Of a DNA stretch of 58,023 nucleotides, positions 1 to 9,974 are shown piece after piece. Under the pieces are notes generated by a model. It was not told the DNA's origin, did no database searches, and saw nothing but the letters and a program-made list of their open reading frames with translations. Origin of the DNA: Beijerinckiaceae bacterium (GTDB lineage: Bacteria > Pseudomonadota > Alphaproteobacteria > Rhizobiales > Beijerinckiaceae); contig DAOMXG010000001.1 in assembly GCA_035436995.1 (NCBI GenBank), positions 1 to 58,023 on the forward strand. Reading direction: 5' to 3'. Position 1 is the first letter of the stretch, and every line of letters begins with the position of its first letter. The translations under genes were made by a program, and so were the position numbers.

Positions 1-143
1 ATCTACATCGCAGCAGCCGTCATCAATTCACGATGAATCCCCACGCGCCTTAGGCGGTCAGGCCGATCTGCACCCCACTTGATCTGGGCCGAGTCCTGGT
101 TAACCTGTCTGTCATCAGACAACAGGGTCTTCGGGAGGCATTC

Positions 144-1118
144 ATGATCAAGCTGATGCGGCTCGCTCTTGCGGTATCCATCTCCGGTCTCGCACCATTG
201 GCTTCGGCCCAGAGCCCGTGGCCCGACAAGCCGGTCACGGTGATCGTGCCCTATGCTGCCGGCGGTAACACCGATGTTGTCGGCCGCATCTTCACCGAAC
301 GGCTGTCCCAAAGGCTTGGCAAGCCCTTCATTGTCGAGAACAAATCAGGTGCCGGCGGCACGATCGGCATCGCCGCGATGAGCCGCGCGCCCGCTGATGG
401 CTATACGCTCGGCGTTGTCACGGCGGGAAATCTTTTCATCCTGCCGCATATCTACAAGGACAAGCTCGGCTACGACACCTTCAAGGACCTGAAACCGCTG
501 GCAATGGTGGCAACGCAACCGAACTTCTTCGTCGTCCATCCTTCGATCCCGGCAACGACGCCGAAGGAATTCGTTGATCACCTGAAAGCCAATCCGGACA
601 AATATTCCTACGGCTCGTCCGGCATCGGCACGTCGCAGCATCTGTGCATGGAATTGCTGGCGCAGAAAACCGGCATCAAGGTCACCCATGTGCCCTATCG
701 CGCTTCCAACCAGATCATGCAGGATCTGATTGGCGGCACCATTCACATGTCCTGCGATCAGATTTCGACCGCACTGGCACAGGTCAGGAACGGCCGCGCC
801 AAGGGCATCGCCGTGTCCTCGCCCGAAGCCTACGGCCTTGCGCCGGAGTATCCGGCGATGGCAGCGACCGTGCCGGGTATCGACGTGACCTGGGCGGCGA
901 TCTTCATCGCCCCGGCCAACCTGCCCAAACCCATCGCCGACCGGCTCACCAGCGAACTCGGCGCGATTGCCAAAGACCCCGATGTCATCGAAAAGTTGAA
1001 AGGTTTGACGGTGACCCCGGTCTCGGTGGTGGGCGATGCGCTGGAAAAACGCATCAAGGCCGATTTCGAGACCTGGAAGCCGATTGTCGAGAGCGCCAAA
1101 ATTCCACCGCCGCAATAG
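144..1118 (+). CDS. Tripartite tricarboxylate transporter substrate-binding protein (Bug/TctC family)
   Basis: 324-aa ORF with a signal peptide ending ...LASAQ, a PYAAGGNTD motif typical of Bug-family periplasmic binders, and GGGAGG 7 nt upstream of the ATG. Confidence 0.85.
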   Translation: MIKLMRLALAVSISGLAPLASAQSPWPDKPVTVIVPYAAGGNTDVVGRIFTERLSQRLGKPFIVENKSGAGGTIGIAAMSRAPADGYTLGVVTAGNLFILPHIYKDKLGYDTFKDLKPLAMVATQPNFFVVHPSIPATTPKEFVDHLKANPDKYSYGSSGIGTSQHLCMELLAQKTGIKVTHVPYRASNQIMQDLIGGTIHMSCDQISTALAQVRNGRAKGIAVSSPEAYGLAPEYPAMAATVPGIDVTWAAIFIAPANLPKPIADRLTSELGAIAKDPDVIEKLKGLTVTPVSVVGDALEKRIKADFETWKPIVESAKIPPPQ

Positions 1119-1133
1119 CTCGGTTAACCTCCG

Positions 1134-1141
1134 TTAACCAT
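1134..1141 (+). promoter_or_regulatory. TTAACCAT motif (CtrA-type 8-mer), second copy of a GTTAACC-N3-GTTAACC direct repeat
   Basis: Sequence cgGTTAACCtccGTTAACCATg at 1123-1141, directly upstream of the transglycosylase ORF. Confidence 0.35.
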
Positions 1142-1155
1142 GTCGTCCTAGTGTA

Positions 1156-2355
1156 GTGCGCATGAAACGGAACGGTGCCTTCATGCGACGGATGTGTCTT
1201 GCCTTGCCGTTGATCCTGGCTGCGCTGCCAGCGCGGGCGGATTTTGCCTCCTGTCTGGCCGGGTTGCGTGAGGCTGCGGCGGCCAGTGGCATTTCGGCGC
1301 GGACCGTATCGGCGGCGCTGTCGAACATTTCGCCCGACATGAAGATCATCGAGGCGATGAACAACCAGCCGGAGTTCAAGACGCCGATCTGGGATTATCT
1401 CGGTACGCTGGTGGATGACGAAAAGATCGCCGAGGGCAAGGCAATGCTGCGCCGCCATGCCGCGACCCTGGCTGCCGCCGAGGAGCGCTATGGCGTCGAC
1501 CGCCATGCCATTGTCGCGGTCTGGGGTGTCGAGAGCGACTTCGGCAAGGCCGGGGGCAAATGGCCGCTGCCGCAGGCACTTTCCACCGCCGCCTGTCTCG
1601 CGCCGCGACGCAACGCCTTTTTCAAGGGCGAGCTGATCGCCGCGCTGAAGATCGTCGATCGCGGCGATATTCCGCTTGAAAGCCTGGTCGGTTCCTGGGC
1701 TGGCGCCTTCGGACATACACAGTTCATTCCCACCACATACTTGCGCCTGGCTGTTGATGGCGATGGTGATGGTCGCCGCAATCTCGTCAGTTCCATTCCC
1801 GATGCCCTGCATTCCACCGCCAATTTCCTGGCCAAGTCGGGATGGCAGAGTGGCGCCGGCTGGGGTTTTGAGGTGCGCGTTCCGGCCGGGTATGGCGGCG
1901 CGTCGGGGCGCAATCCCAAGCAGCCAATTGCAGCCTGGGCTGGGCGCGGCATCACCCGCATTGACGGCAGCGCCCTGTCGGGCGGCGGCTCCGCCGGATT
2001 GCTGATGCCCGCCGGCCGCAATGGCCCGGCCTTCCTGGTGTTCCGCAATTATGACGCGGCCTATGCCTACAATGGCGCCGATTCCTACGCCCTGGCAATT
2101 TCGCTGCTGTCTGATCGGCTGCGTGGCAAGGGCGGCATTCAGGCCCCCTGGCCCACCGATGATCTGCCGCTGAGCCGCGAGGAACGGCGGGAACTCCAGC
2201 GCCTGCTGATCGCCCGCGGCTTCGATGTCGGCGAACCGGACGGCGCTGTCGGCGCCAAGACGCGCGCGGCGATCAAATCGGTCGAGGCCGAGATCGGTAT
2301 GCCCCAGACCGGGCGACCCGGATCGAAGGTGTTGCGGGCGCTGCGCGGGCGATAA
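1156..2355 (+). CDS. Lytic murein transglycosylase (MltB-like) with C-terminal peptidoglycan-binding domain
   Basis: The ORF has a signal peptide (MRRMCLALPLILAALPARA), a VWGVESDFG catalytic-region motif and a C-terminal LQRLLIARGFDVGEPDGAVGAKTRAAIK PG-binding repeat. The true start may be an internal ATG (1162 or 1183). Confidence 0.85.
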   Translation: MRMKRNGAFMRRMCLALPLILAALPARADFASCLAGLREAAAASGISARTVSAALSNISPDMKIIEAMNNQPEFKTPIWDYLGTLVDDEKIAEGKAMLRRHAATLAAAEERYGVDRHAIVAVWGVESDFGKAGGKWPLPQALSTAACLAPRRNAFFKGELIAALKIVDRGDIPLESLVGSWAGAFGHTQFIPTTYLRLAVDGDGDGRRNLVSSIPDALHSTANFLAKSGWQSGAGWGFEVRVPAGYGGASGRNPKQPIAAWAGRGITRIDGSALSGGGSAGLLMPAGRNGPAFLVFRNYDAAYAYNGADSYALAISLLSDRLRGKGGIQAPWPTDDLPLSREERRELQRLLIARGFDVGEPDGAVGAKTRAAIKSVEAEIGMPQTGRPGSKVLRALRGR

Positions 2356-2375
2356 ACATTCCCCCACCCTTAATA

Positions 2376-2418
2376 CCAAGTCGCAAGGCGAGGAACTCGC
2401 CGCGACTTGGTTCGTTTC
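2376..2418 (+). terminator. Rho-independent terminator after the transglycosylase gene
   Basis: CCAAGTCGC..GGCGAG gaa CTCGCC GCGACTTGG hairpin followed by TTCGTTTC. Confidence 0.7.
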
Positions 2419-2569
2419 AAAAATTTCTCACTTTTATCAACAAGATGGGAAATTTTTGAGTTGCACCAAAGAGTCATTTTCAATGACTTTTGGTATAAAA
2501 GGGCTTGGCCTTTTGTCCGCATCGCTTTAGGAACGCGCCAGCTTTCCCTCCGAACGATGGCGGATCCTG

Positions 2570-3679
2570 ATGGCTTCCTACAATCTCCTGCTGCTTCCCG
2601 GTGACGGCATCGGCCCCGAGGTTATGGTCGAGGTGAAGAAGGTCCTTTCCTTCTTTAAAAAGGCCGGTATCGCCCGGTTTGAAACCGAGACGGATCTGGT
2701 CGGCGGATCGGCCTATGACGCCCACAAGGTGGCGATCACCGATCAGGCAATGAAGGCCGCACAACAGGCCGATGCGGTGCTCTTTGGTGCGGTTGGCGGC
2801 CCGAAATGGGCGAACGTGCCCTACGAGGCCCGGCCTGAGGCGGGTCTGCTGCGCCTGCGCAAGGATCTCGGCCTGTTCGCAAATCTCAGGCCCGCCGTCT
2901 GCTATCCGGCGCTCGCCGATGCCTCCTCGCTCAAGCGCGATGTCGTCGAGGGGCTTGACATCCTCATCGTGCGTGAGCTGACCGGCGGCGTCTATTTCGG
3001 CGAGCCAAAGGAAATCGTCACCCTCGAGAACGGCCAGAAACGCGCGGTCGATACCCAGGTCTACACCACCGGCGAGATCGAGCGCATCGCCCGCGTCGCT
3101 TTTGAACTGGCGCGCACCCGCCGCAACAAGGTCTCCTCGGCCGAAAAGCACAATGTCATGCGCTCCGGCGTTCTGTGGAAGGACGTCGTCACCGGCCTGC
3201 ACAAGGCCGACTATCAGGATGTCGAGCTTGAACACGTCCTGGCCGACAATTGCGCCATGCAGCTGGTGCGCTGGCCCAAGCAATATGACGTGCTGGTCAC
3301 CGACAATCTGTTCGGCGACGTGCTCTCCGACATCGCCGCCATGCTCACCGGCTCGCTGGGCATGCTGCCGTCCGCTTCGCTCGGTGCGCCTGTTTCCAGA
3401 ACCGGCAAGCGCAAGTCGCTCTATGAGCCTGTGCATGGGTCAGCCCCGGACATCGCCGGCAAGGGCCTGGCCAATCCGATCGCGATGATCGGCTCGTTCG
3501 GCATGGCGCTGCGCTATTCGCTGGGGCTGGGCGAGGCCGCCGATCTCGTCGAAAAGGCCATTGCCGATGTGCTCGCCTCCGGCCTGCGCACCCGCGATAT
3601 CGCTGCCCAGGGCCAGAACACCATCGGCACCGGCGAGATGGGCGACGCCATCGTCAAGGCCCTGCAGCGGCTGGCCTGA
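2570..3679 (+). CDS. leuB: 3-isopropylmalate dehydrogenase
   Basis: 369 aa with N-terminal [24 protein letters not shown] and the isocitrate/isopropylmalate dehydrogenase signature region. Confidence 0.95.
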   Translation: MASYNLLLLPGDGIGPEVMVEVKKVLSFFKKAGIARFETETDLVGGSAYDAHKVAITDQAMKAAQQADAVLFGAVGGPKWANVPYEARPEAGLLRLRKDLGLFANLRPAVCYPALADASSLKRDVVEGLDILIVRELTGGVYFGEPKEIVTLENGQKRAVDTQVYTTGEIERIARVAFELARTRRNKVSSAEKHNVMRSGVLWKDVVTGLHKADYQDVELEHVLADNCAMQLVRWPKQYDVLVTDNLFGDVLSDIAAMLTGSLGMLPSASLGAPVSRTGKRKSLYEPVHGSAPDIAGKGLANPIAMIGSFGMALRYSLGLGEAADLVEKAIADVLASGLRTRDIAAQGQNTIGTGEMGDAIVKALQRLA

Positions 3680-3705
3680 TCGGACTTCTTGGCTTACGAA
3701 ATAGC

Positions 3706-3732
3706 AAAGGGCGCCTGCGGCGCCCTTTTTTC
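3706..3732. terminator. Bidirectional intrinsic terminator between leuB and a convergent small ORF
   Basis: AAAGGGCGCC tgc GGCGCCCTTTTTT, with an A-tract and a T-tract on either side. Confidence 0.8.
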
Positions 3733-3758
3733 TGTCCGGAACCCAAGTAAGCAGGCGC

Positions 3759-4046
3759 TCAGCGCACCGCGTTGGCGCCGAGAAACTCGAACGCAAATCC
3801 GGAGCCGGACAGGCCGCGCGTCGGCAGGTTGCTTTCGCTACGGCTGGAAATCCCGTGCATCGGCGCACCGCCGAATGCCTGGGTATTGGTCACGTAATCG
3901 CGTCCCTGGCCAGCGCGCGCGACATTGCCGGCATCCAGCCAAGAGCGCGGTTTGACGTCGATGACCAGCCCGCGATCACGGGCGGCCAGCGGTGCGCTGA
4001 TCAGGCTTGTTGCCACAAGGGCGGCGGAGAGGAGGGCGATACGCAT
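3759..4046 (-). CDS. Small secreted hypothetical protein
   Basis: 95-aa ORF with a clear signal peptide (MRIALLSAALVATSLISAPLAA). No recognisable domain. Confidence 0.55.
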   Translation of the reverse strand: MRIALLSAALVATSLISAPLAARDRGLVIDVKPRSWLDAGNVARAGQGRDYVTNTQAFGGAPMHGISSRSESNLPTRGLSGSGFAFEFLGANAVR

Positions 4047-4131
4047 GGAGAGAACCTTTCGACACCTGGGAGGTGATTCACGCTAGCCCAATATGGTGAA
4101 GAACTGGTGGATGATAAAGCGTGTTTTTTGC

Positions 4132-5322
4132 CTATCGCAGGCCTGCCATCGACGAAAACCCGGCTTTCAGGACCGGCGCATCATCGCCATCCATCCAGTT
4201 TGAAGCAATCGTGACCAGCCGCGCAGCACCGCAGGGCTGACGGGCCCGTTCCACTTCGGCGAAATACGATTTCAGCCTGGTATCGTTGCCGGCGCGCACA
4301 AGATCGATCCGGTCAATGAGACAGGCAAGTTCCGCCCGGTCCACCGGGCGATCGGCCGTGCCGCAGAACCAGCCATGCAGATCCAGCACCGCCTCCGACG
4401 TGCTGTGACGGAAGGCCAGACAGCCACGCGCCGCGCGACCATCGCTGCTCAAGGCGATTTCTGCCGTCTCAAGAGCGCCGAATTTGGTCTTGAGCCCGAT
4501 CGTCGTTCCCAGTCGCTCGATGCTGGCGCCGGTCAGCGCAGCACGGCGCGACAGGTCGATGAACAGGGTTTCGCGCTCTGGTCGAAGCCTGCCATAGCTT
4601 TCGACAAACAGCGTGCCGCTCATCCTGGCGCGCGACCGGCCGGTCGAATCGGCTTGTGCGGTCCAGGCCAGAATGTCCTGACGCGGACCATCGCGGTGGG
4701 TGCGGGCGCGATAGGCAAGCGTTGAGCGGTCGAGTTCGGGAGCCTCCAGATGATAGCTGGCGATCGGCGATGCCACCGCTTTCCAGGCGTCCGGACGAGG
4801 CCGCGCCTCCTCAACCTCGGCAGGCTTCATCGCAACCGCCTGGGCCGGCGACGGCCCGTCCTTTTCGTCCGACCACAGCATGGCGGCGCTGACGGCAATC
4901 AACGTCAATCCGATGAGTTTCACGGCGCGCGGGACACGCCAGAGCAACCGCGATACCACTTTGACGACAAGCCAGACCAGGGCGCCGCTATCCTTGAGTC
5001 TGGTGAACAGGCGAGAGCGATCGAGGCACCTGTGAGCGATCGCCTGCAGGGCGGATGAAATGATCTTGGCCGACCGATTCAGCTTGGCAGAAGCCAGATC
5101 CGACGCCGCAGCGCCAAGGGCTCCGGCACGCTCCCAGAGGGGTGAGAGCCGTGTAGCCGGCGCTGCGGTCGCGTCCTGGGCTTTGGCCAGACGGTCACCG
5201 GCCGCTTGGCGCGCCGAACTGTAGACGCGCCGCAGCCGCGCTTCGAGGCTCTGGTCCTCGTGGACCACAAACCCCGAGATTTCAGACCGGATTCCGGTAC
5301 GCCCTTCCGTTACGAAACTCAT
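4132..5322 (-). CDS. Hypothetical membrane-anchored protein
   Basis: Long ORF with coding-like codon usage and one hydrophobic segment (LIGLTLIAVSAAMLW). The start could be M25 (5322) or the upstream ATG (5394). No motif recognised. Confidence 0.55.
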   Translation of the reverse strand: MSFVTEGRTGIRSEISGFVVHEDQSLEARLRRVYSSARQAAGDRLAKAQDATAAPATRLSPLWERAGALGAAASDLASAKLNRSAKIISSALQAIAHRCLDRSRLFTRLKDSGALVWLVVKVVSRLLWRVPRAVKLIGLTLIAVSAAMLWSDEKDGPSPAQAVAMKPAEVEEARPRPDAWKAVASPIASYHLEAPELDRSTLAYRARTHRDGPRQDILAWTAQADSTGRSRARMSGTLFVESYGRLRPERETLFIDLSRRAALTGASIERLGTTIGLKTKFGALETAEIALSSDGRAARGCLAFRHSTSEAVLDLHGWFCGTADRPVDRAELACLIDRIDLVRAGNDTRLKSYFAEVERARQPCGAARLVTIASNWMDGDDAPVLKAGFSSMAGLR

Positions 5323-5457
5323 CCCGCCCTCAAACCCCGCTTGGCGGCACCAACTCCGCCCAGGCTGGCAAACCCCACATTGCCGTTCGAACAAAGTTGG
5401 CGTAAAAGCGCGGCTTCCCGGTTACCGGCCGGGAAAAAGTTATCCGGAGAGTTTACG

Positions 5458-6492
5458 ATGGGTTACAAGGTCGCAATCGCCGGCGCCACGGGCAATGTGG
5501 GCCGGGAAATGTTGAACATCCTTTCTGAACGGGCATTCCCGGTCAGTGAAGTTGTCGCGCTCGCCTCCCAGCGCAGCGTTGGCACCGAAGTTTCGTTCGG
5601 CGACAAGACCCTGAAAGTCAAAGCTCTCGAGCATTATGATTTTTCCGACACCGATATCTGCCTGATGTCGGCCGGGGGTGAGATCTCCAAGCAATGGTCG
5701 CCAAAGATCGGCGCCCAGGGCTGCGTGGTCATCGATAATTCGTCCGCCTGGCGCTATGATGCCGATGTGCCGCTGATCGTTCCGGAAGTGAACGCCGACG
5801 CCGTGCGCGGCTTTGCCAAGAAGAACATCATCGCCAATCCGAACTGCTCGACCGCCCAGCTCGTCGTTGCGCTCAAGCCGCTGCATGAGCGTTTCGGCAT
5901 CAAGCGCGTGGTGGTTTCGACCTACCAGTCGGTATCCGGTGCCGGCAAGGACGGCATGGACGAACTCTTCGAACAGACCAAGGCGATCTATTCGGCCGCC
6001 GAACCAAAGACGAAGAAGTTCCCCAAGCGCATCGCCTTCAACCTCATCCCGCATATCGACGTCTTCATGGAGGACGGCTTTACCAAGGAAGAGTGGAAGA
6101 TGACGGCCGAGACCAAGAAGATTCTCGACCCGAAGATCAAGCTGACCGCAACCTGCGTGCGTGTGCCGGTGTTCATCGGCCATTCCGAGGCCGTCAACAT
6201 CGAATGCCAGAAGCCGATCACTGCCGACGAGGCGCGCGAAGTGCTGCGCACGGCGCCGGGCGTGCTGGTGATCGACAAGCGCGAGCCGGGTGGCTACATC
6301 ACCCCGCACGAGGCGGCGGGCGAGGACGCCACCTATATCTCGCGCATCCGCGAGGATGCGACGGTGGAAAACGGCCTGGCCTTCTGGTGCGTGTCCGACA
6401 ACCTCAGGAAGGGTGCCGCGCTCAACGCCGTGCAGATCGCCGAAGTGCTGGTCAATCGCAAGCTGCTCAAGCCTCGCTCCAAGGCTGCCTGA
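5458..6492 (+). CDS. asd: Aspartate-semialdehyde dehydrogenase
   Basis: The start MGYKVAIAGATGNVGREML is a Rossmann motif, and the active-site region IANPNCSTAQL is present. The ORF-track start at 5206 is an upstream extension that overlaps the divergent gene. Confidence 0.93.
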   Translation: MGYKVAIAGATGNVGREMLNILSERAFPVSEVVALASQRSVGTEVSFGDKTLKVKALEHYDFSDTDICLMSAGGEISKQWSPKIGAQGCVVIDNSSAWRYDADVPLIVPEVNADAVRGFAKKNIIANPNCSTAQLVVALKPLHERFGIKRVVVSTYQSVSGAGKDGMDELFEQTKAIYSAAEPKTKKFPKRIAFNLIPHIDVFMEDGFTKEEWKMTAETKKILDPKIKLTATCVRVPVFIGHSEAVNIECQKPITADEAREVLRTAPGVLVIDKREPGGYITPHEAAGEDATYISRIREDATVENGLAFWCVSDNLRKGAALNAVQIAEVLVNRKLLKPRSKAA

Positions 6493-6518
6493 TCGGTCAT
6501 CTGTCTGATCGGAACCTG

Positions 6519-6549
6519 GCCGCCGCCCGCAAGGGCGGCGGTTTTGTTT
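6519..6549 (+). terminator. Rho-independent terminator after asd
   Basis: GCCGCCGCCC gcaa GGGCGGCGG followed by TTTTGTTTG. Confidence 0.8.
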
Positions 6550-6630
6550 GCGGCGTATCGAATCGTTCATCGTTAACGACCCATTATTAGACTTTCGGCT
6601 AGGATCAGAGGCAGTTCACGCCGGGCTGCC

Positions 6631-7662
6631 ATGCCCGCTGTCCTGACGAGGCCGTCGATGAGCCACGAGTCTCTGCCTTCTCCTGCCCGCTCACGGGTCG
6701 AACGCGCTATTTTGCGCCTTCAGGGCGGCGGCCTTGCCGGGGCAATTCTGGCATTTCTGCTTATCAAGCTGGCCGGGCTGGGAATCACCCTGCTGTGGCC
6801 GCTGAAATCGGCAAAATTCGCTCCGCTTGTGCTGCTCTGTTGCGCCGAAGTCTCCTGGTTGTTCGGCGGCACCGTGGGCTTGCTGGTGGTTCTGCAATGG
6901 CTGGTGCACGAACTGGCGCATCTGCATGTCTCCCGCCGTTTCGGTCACATGCCGGGATTGCGCAGTCTGACCCCGTTTGTTGGCGTCTATCTTGGCACAA
7001 CCGCTGCGCAATGGCCGTCCCGCGAGGCAGAGGCCACTGTGGCGATTGCCGGCGTGCTGGCCGGCCTGTGCCTGGCCTTTGCTCTGCATGTGGCAGGCAG
7101 CATGAGCGGCGACGAGGCCATGGTGCTGGCGGCCCGCCTCGGCTTCATGATGACGCTGATTCACTTGCTGCCGTTCCGGCCCTTCGATGGTGGCCGCATA
7201 TTTCCGGGGCTTTTCTGGTCGATCCGCTCCACCACCGATCCGGCAGAACCCATGCGGATGGGCTCCACCACGATACGGCTCTGTGGCTGGCTGGTCGGTC
7301 TGATCCCGGCGCCAGTGCGCAGGCGCCTCGCTGTCACCGGATCGGTACTGGGAGATGGACTGGTGGCCGCGCTGGCCTGGGCCACGGTCATCGTAACCCT
7401 GTCCGGCCTGGCTCTGCCGGCCGGCGCCTTCATGGCAATCATGCTGGCGGCGATCATAGGCCTTGTCGCCTTGTTTGCCGCTGTCCTCTCCATTGACCCG
7501 CGCCATGGCCCGGCGGCGAGCCGGCGACTGTTGCCACGCAACGGCCAGGTAACGGTTGAAACGTCTGCCAGACCCTTGCCCTGGACGGACCGCAGCGCCC
7601 CGCGCGCCGCCTTTTGCATCTACGCGGCAGCGCTGCTTGCGGCGATCGCCGGGTCCTTTTGA
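6631..7662 (+). CDS. Polytopic membrane metalloprotease, site-2 protease (M50)-like
   Basis: Multiple hydrophobic helices, an HELAH (HExxH) motif in a membrane segment, and a later LLPFRPFDGGRIF motif that resembles NxxPxxxLDG of M50 proteases. Confidence 0.6.
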   Translation: MPAVLTRPSMSHESLPSPARSRVERAILRLQGGGLAGAILAFLLIKLAGLGITLLWPLKSAKFAPLVLLCCAEVSWLFGGTVGLLVVLQWLVHELAHLHVSRRFGHMPGLRSLTPFVGVYLGTTAAQWPSREAEATVAIAGVLAGLCLAFALHVAGSMSGDEAMVLAARLGFMMTLIHLLPFRPFDGGRIFPGLFWSIRSTTDPAEPMRMGSTTIRLCGWLVGLIPAPVRRRLAVTGSVLGDGLVAALAWATVIVTLSGLALPAGAFMAIMLAAIIGLVALFAAVLSIDPRHGPAASRRLLPRNGQVTVETSARPLPWTDRSAPRAAFCIYAAALLAAIAGSF

Positions 7663-7672
7663 CCCGGCTTGA

Positions 7673-8326
7673 CTACAGCGTTTCCAGCCGTCCCGTGGTC
7701 ACATCAAAGATGCAGCCGTAAATCTCCATTTTTCCGCGGTTCACCAGCGTGCTGATGCACGGAAAGGTCAACAGATTCTCGATCGAGTTGCGGATCGAGG
7801 TCCGTGCCAGCCGTTCGGCATAATCATGATCGCTTTCATCGTCCTGCGCCGGCAGCGATTCGGCGGCCGGGGCGATCAGTTCGATCCACTTGCCGATGAA
7901 ATCGCCGGGAGACAGCACATCGGATTGCTGCGGGCGCCGCAGCCGCTTGACGAAGGCATGGACGCCACCGCACCGGCCATGGCCCATCACCACGATATTG
8001 CGGATCTTCAGTGCCTGAACAGCAAATTCCAGCGCCGCCGAGACGCCATGCAGGCCGGCCATCGGCTCAAATGGTGGCACCAGGTTGGCCACATTGCGTA
8101 CGACGAACAGCTCTCCCGGATTGGCATCGAAGATAACCTCGGGAGAAACGCGCGAATCGCAACAGGCGATGATCATCGTCTCGGGCTTCTGGCCATCTCG
8201 CGCCATCTCGACAAAGCGTTGGTGTTCGCGCGGTAACCGATTGGCCTTGAACGCCTCATAGCCTTCAACCAGCCTTGGCGGCAGGCCGTGCCGCCCACCC
8301 TTTGGCAAATCAGCATTGGCTGCCAT
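7673..8326 (-). CDS. can: Beta-class carbonic anhydrase
   Basis: 217 aa with the CCDSRV and HGRCGG zinc-ligand motifs. Confidence 0.9.
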   Translation of the reverse strand: MAANADLPKGGRHGLPPRLVEGYEAFKANRLPREHQRFVEMARDGQKPETMIIACCDSRVSPEVIFDANPGELFVVRNVANLVPPFEPMAGLHGVSAALEFAVQALKIRNIVVMGHGRCGGVHAFVKRLRRPQQSDVLSPGDFIGKWIELIAPAAESLPAQDDESDHDYAERLARTSIRNSIENLLTFPCISTLVNRGKMEIYGCIFDVTTGRLETL

Positions 8327-8432
8327 CGCATTTCTCCTGTCCCGGCCTACATGGGTAGCGCCGCAGCTTGCGACAAGGAGGCAAATCGCGGCATACGGTC
8401 AAAATCACCATAGGTGCAGCCGGAGACCCTCC

Positions 8433-9302
8433 ATGTCTTTCCGCCCACGCCGCAGCGCGCTCTATGTTCCGGCCAACAACGTCCGGGCCATCGAAAAGGC
8501 CATTACGCTGCCGGCGGATGTCATCATTCTTGATTTGGAGGATGCGGTTCCGCCCCAGGCCAAGAACGAAGCGCGGCGGAATGCCGCCTCGGCCATTCGA
8601 TCCCAGGCCTTTCGTGACAAGGAGCTTGTTCTGCGGATCAATGGGCTCGACAGTGACGAGGCCGCCGAAGATCTGGTGGTGGGGGCCGGTTCTGACGCCG
8701 TTCTGGTGCCCAAGGTCCAGGATGCCAATGACATCCACCGGGCAGAGGCGGGCCTGAACGAGATCGCCGGCAAGGACCGGCCAGCCCTTTGGGCAATGAT
8801 CGAGACGCCGAAGGCGATTCTCAACATCGCCGCCATCGCTGCGGTTGCGGCAAGAGACGATGCGCGCCTTGCCTGTTTCGTGCTGGGCACCAACGACCTT
8901 GCAAAGGACACCAGGGTCAATCTGACCGGCAGCCGTCTGGCCATGCTGTCCTGGATCAGCCAGACGGTTCTGGCCGCCCGCGCCTACGATCTTGCGGTAC
9001 TGGACGGGGTCTATAACAACCTCAAGGACCCGGATGGTTATCTGGCCGAATGTCGGCAGGGTCGCGGGTTCGGTTTTGACGGCAAGACGGTGATCCATCC
9101 CAGTCAGATCGCCGACGCCAATCACATCTTTGGACCGACCGACAGCGAGATCGCCGAAGCGCGTGCGATCGTCGAGGCGTTTGCCCGACCGGAGAATGCC
9201 GGCAAGGGCGTGCTGACGGTCGGAGGGCGCATGGCCGAACTGCTGCACAGGGACCAGGCCGAACGAACACTGGCCATTGCCCGCGCCACGGGCCTGGCCT
9301 GA
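8433..9302 (+). CDS. HpcH/HpaI aldolase / citrate lyase beta-subunit-like (CitE / malyl-CoA lyase-thioesterase family) protein
   Basis: The start MSFRPRRSALYVPANN...VIILDLEDAV is typical of the CitE family. The ORF-track start at 8316 overlaps can. Confidence 0.8.
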   Translation: MSFRPRRSALYVPANNVRAIEKAITLPADVIILDLEDAVPPQAKNEARRNAASAIRSQAFRDKELVLRINGLDSDEAAEDLVVGAGSDAVLVPKVQDANDIHRAEAGLNEIAGKDRPALWAMIETPKAILNIAAIAAVAARDDARLACFVLGTNDLAKDTRVNLTGSRLAMLSWISQTVLAARAYDLAVLDGVYNNLKDPDGYLAECRQGRGFGFDGKTVIHPSQIADANHIFGPTDSEIAEARAIVEAFARPENAGKGVLTVGGRMAELLHRDQAERTLAIARATGLA

Positions 9303-9328
9303 CCCGCCCGCCGATATGACGGATCGCC

Positions 9329-9865
9329 TTACTTGCTGCTGGCCTTGTAGCGCTCGATTCCGTCGACGATCAGCTTGCGTGCCTCATCCGCATCGCCCCA
9401 CCCCATGAGCTTGACCCATTTGCCGGGCTCAAGATCCTTGTAATGGGTGAAGAAATGCTCGATCTGCTTCCATGTGATGGTCGGCAGGTCGGTATAGTTA
9501 TGGACATGCTCATACCGCTTGGTCAGTTTGGGCGAGGGCACCGCGATGATCTTCTCGTCGCCGCCACCATCATCCTGCATCTTGAGCACGCCGACCGGTC
9601 GAACATTGACCAGAGCGCCCGGCACGATCGGCCTTGTATTGGCGATCAGCACGTCGCACGGGTCGCCATCATCGGACAGGGTATGGGGAATGAACCCGTA
9701 ATTGCCTGGATAATGCATGGGCGTGTAGAGAAAGCGATCGACCACCAATGTGCCGGACGCCTTGTCGAGCTCATACTTGATCGGCTCGCCACCGATCGGA
9801 ACCTCGACGATCACATTGACGTCAAACGGCGGATTCTTGCCAATCTCGATTGCATCGATACGCAT
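9329..9865 (-). CDS. ppa: Inorganic pyrophosphatase
   Basis: 178 aa from [23 protein letters not shown], containing the DGDPCDVL motif. The longer ORF reaching 10153 reads through a non-coding repeat. Confidence 0.93.
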   Translation of the reverse strand: MRIDAIEIGKNPPFDVNVIVEVPIGGEPIKYELDKASGTLVVDRFLYTPMHYPGNYGFIPHTLSDDGDPCDVLIANTRPIVPGALVNVRPVGVLKMQDDGGGDEKIIAVPSPKLTKRYEHVHNYTDLPTITWKQIEHFFTHYKDLEPGKWVKLMGWGDADEARKLIVDGIERYKASSK

Positions 9866-9974
9866 TGACCCCTCCAGCTCAATCAGGTTGATCTTTAAGG
9901 GGCCCGGCGCCGTTTTCCAATCGCGCCTTTGGTATCGCGCCGGCAAATTGTCGATCAATGTGAAGGAAGTGTTG

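Noticed and set aside
3-311. 102-aa ORF on the - strand at the window start
   Set aside because: It overlaps the start of the Bug-family gene and its upstream region. It has no RBS or motif and is probably spurious.
1054-2379. 441-aa ORF antisense to the lytic transglycosylase gene
   Set aside because: This is a typical GC-rich shadow frame. Its composition is Arg/Gly/Ala/Pro-rich, it has no motifs, and it fully overlaps a gene with clear domain signatures.
2472-2491. AGTCATT-ttc-AATGACT hairpin plus TTTT upstream of leuB, as a possible leucine attenuator
   Set aside because: No Leu-rich leader peptide ORF precedes it. The hairpin is AT-rich, only 7 bp long, and sits in a generally AT-richer promoter region.
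6573-6587. TTAA-N7-TTAT near-CtrA site upstream of the M50-like protease gene
   Set aside because: One half-site is mismatched. Without conservation data it cannot be distinguished from chance.
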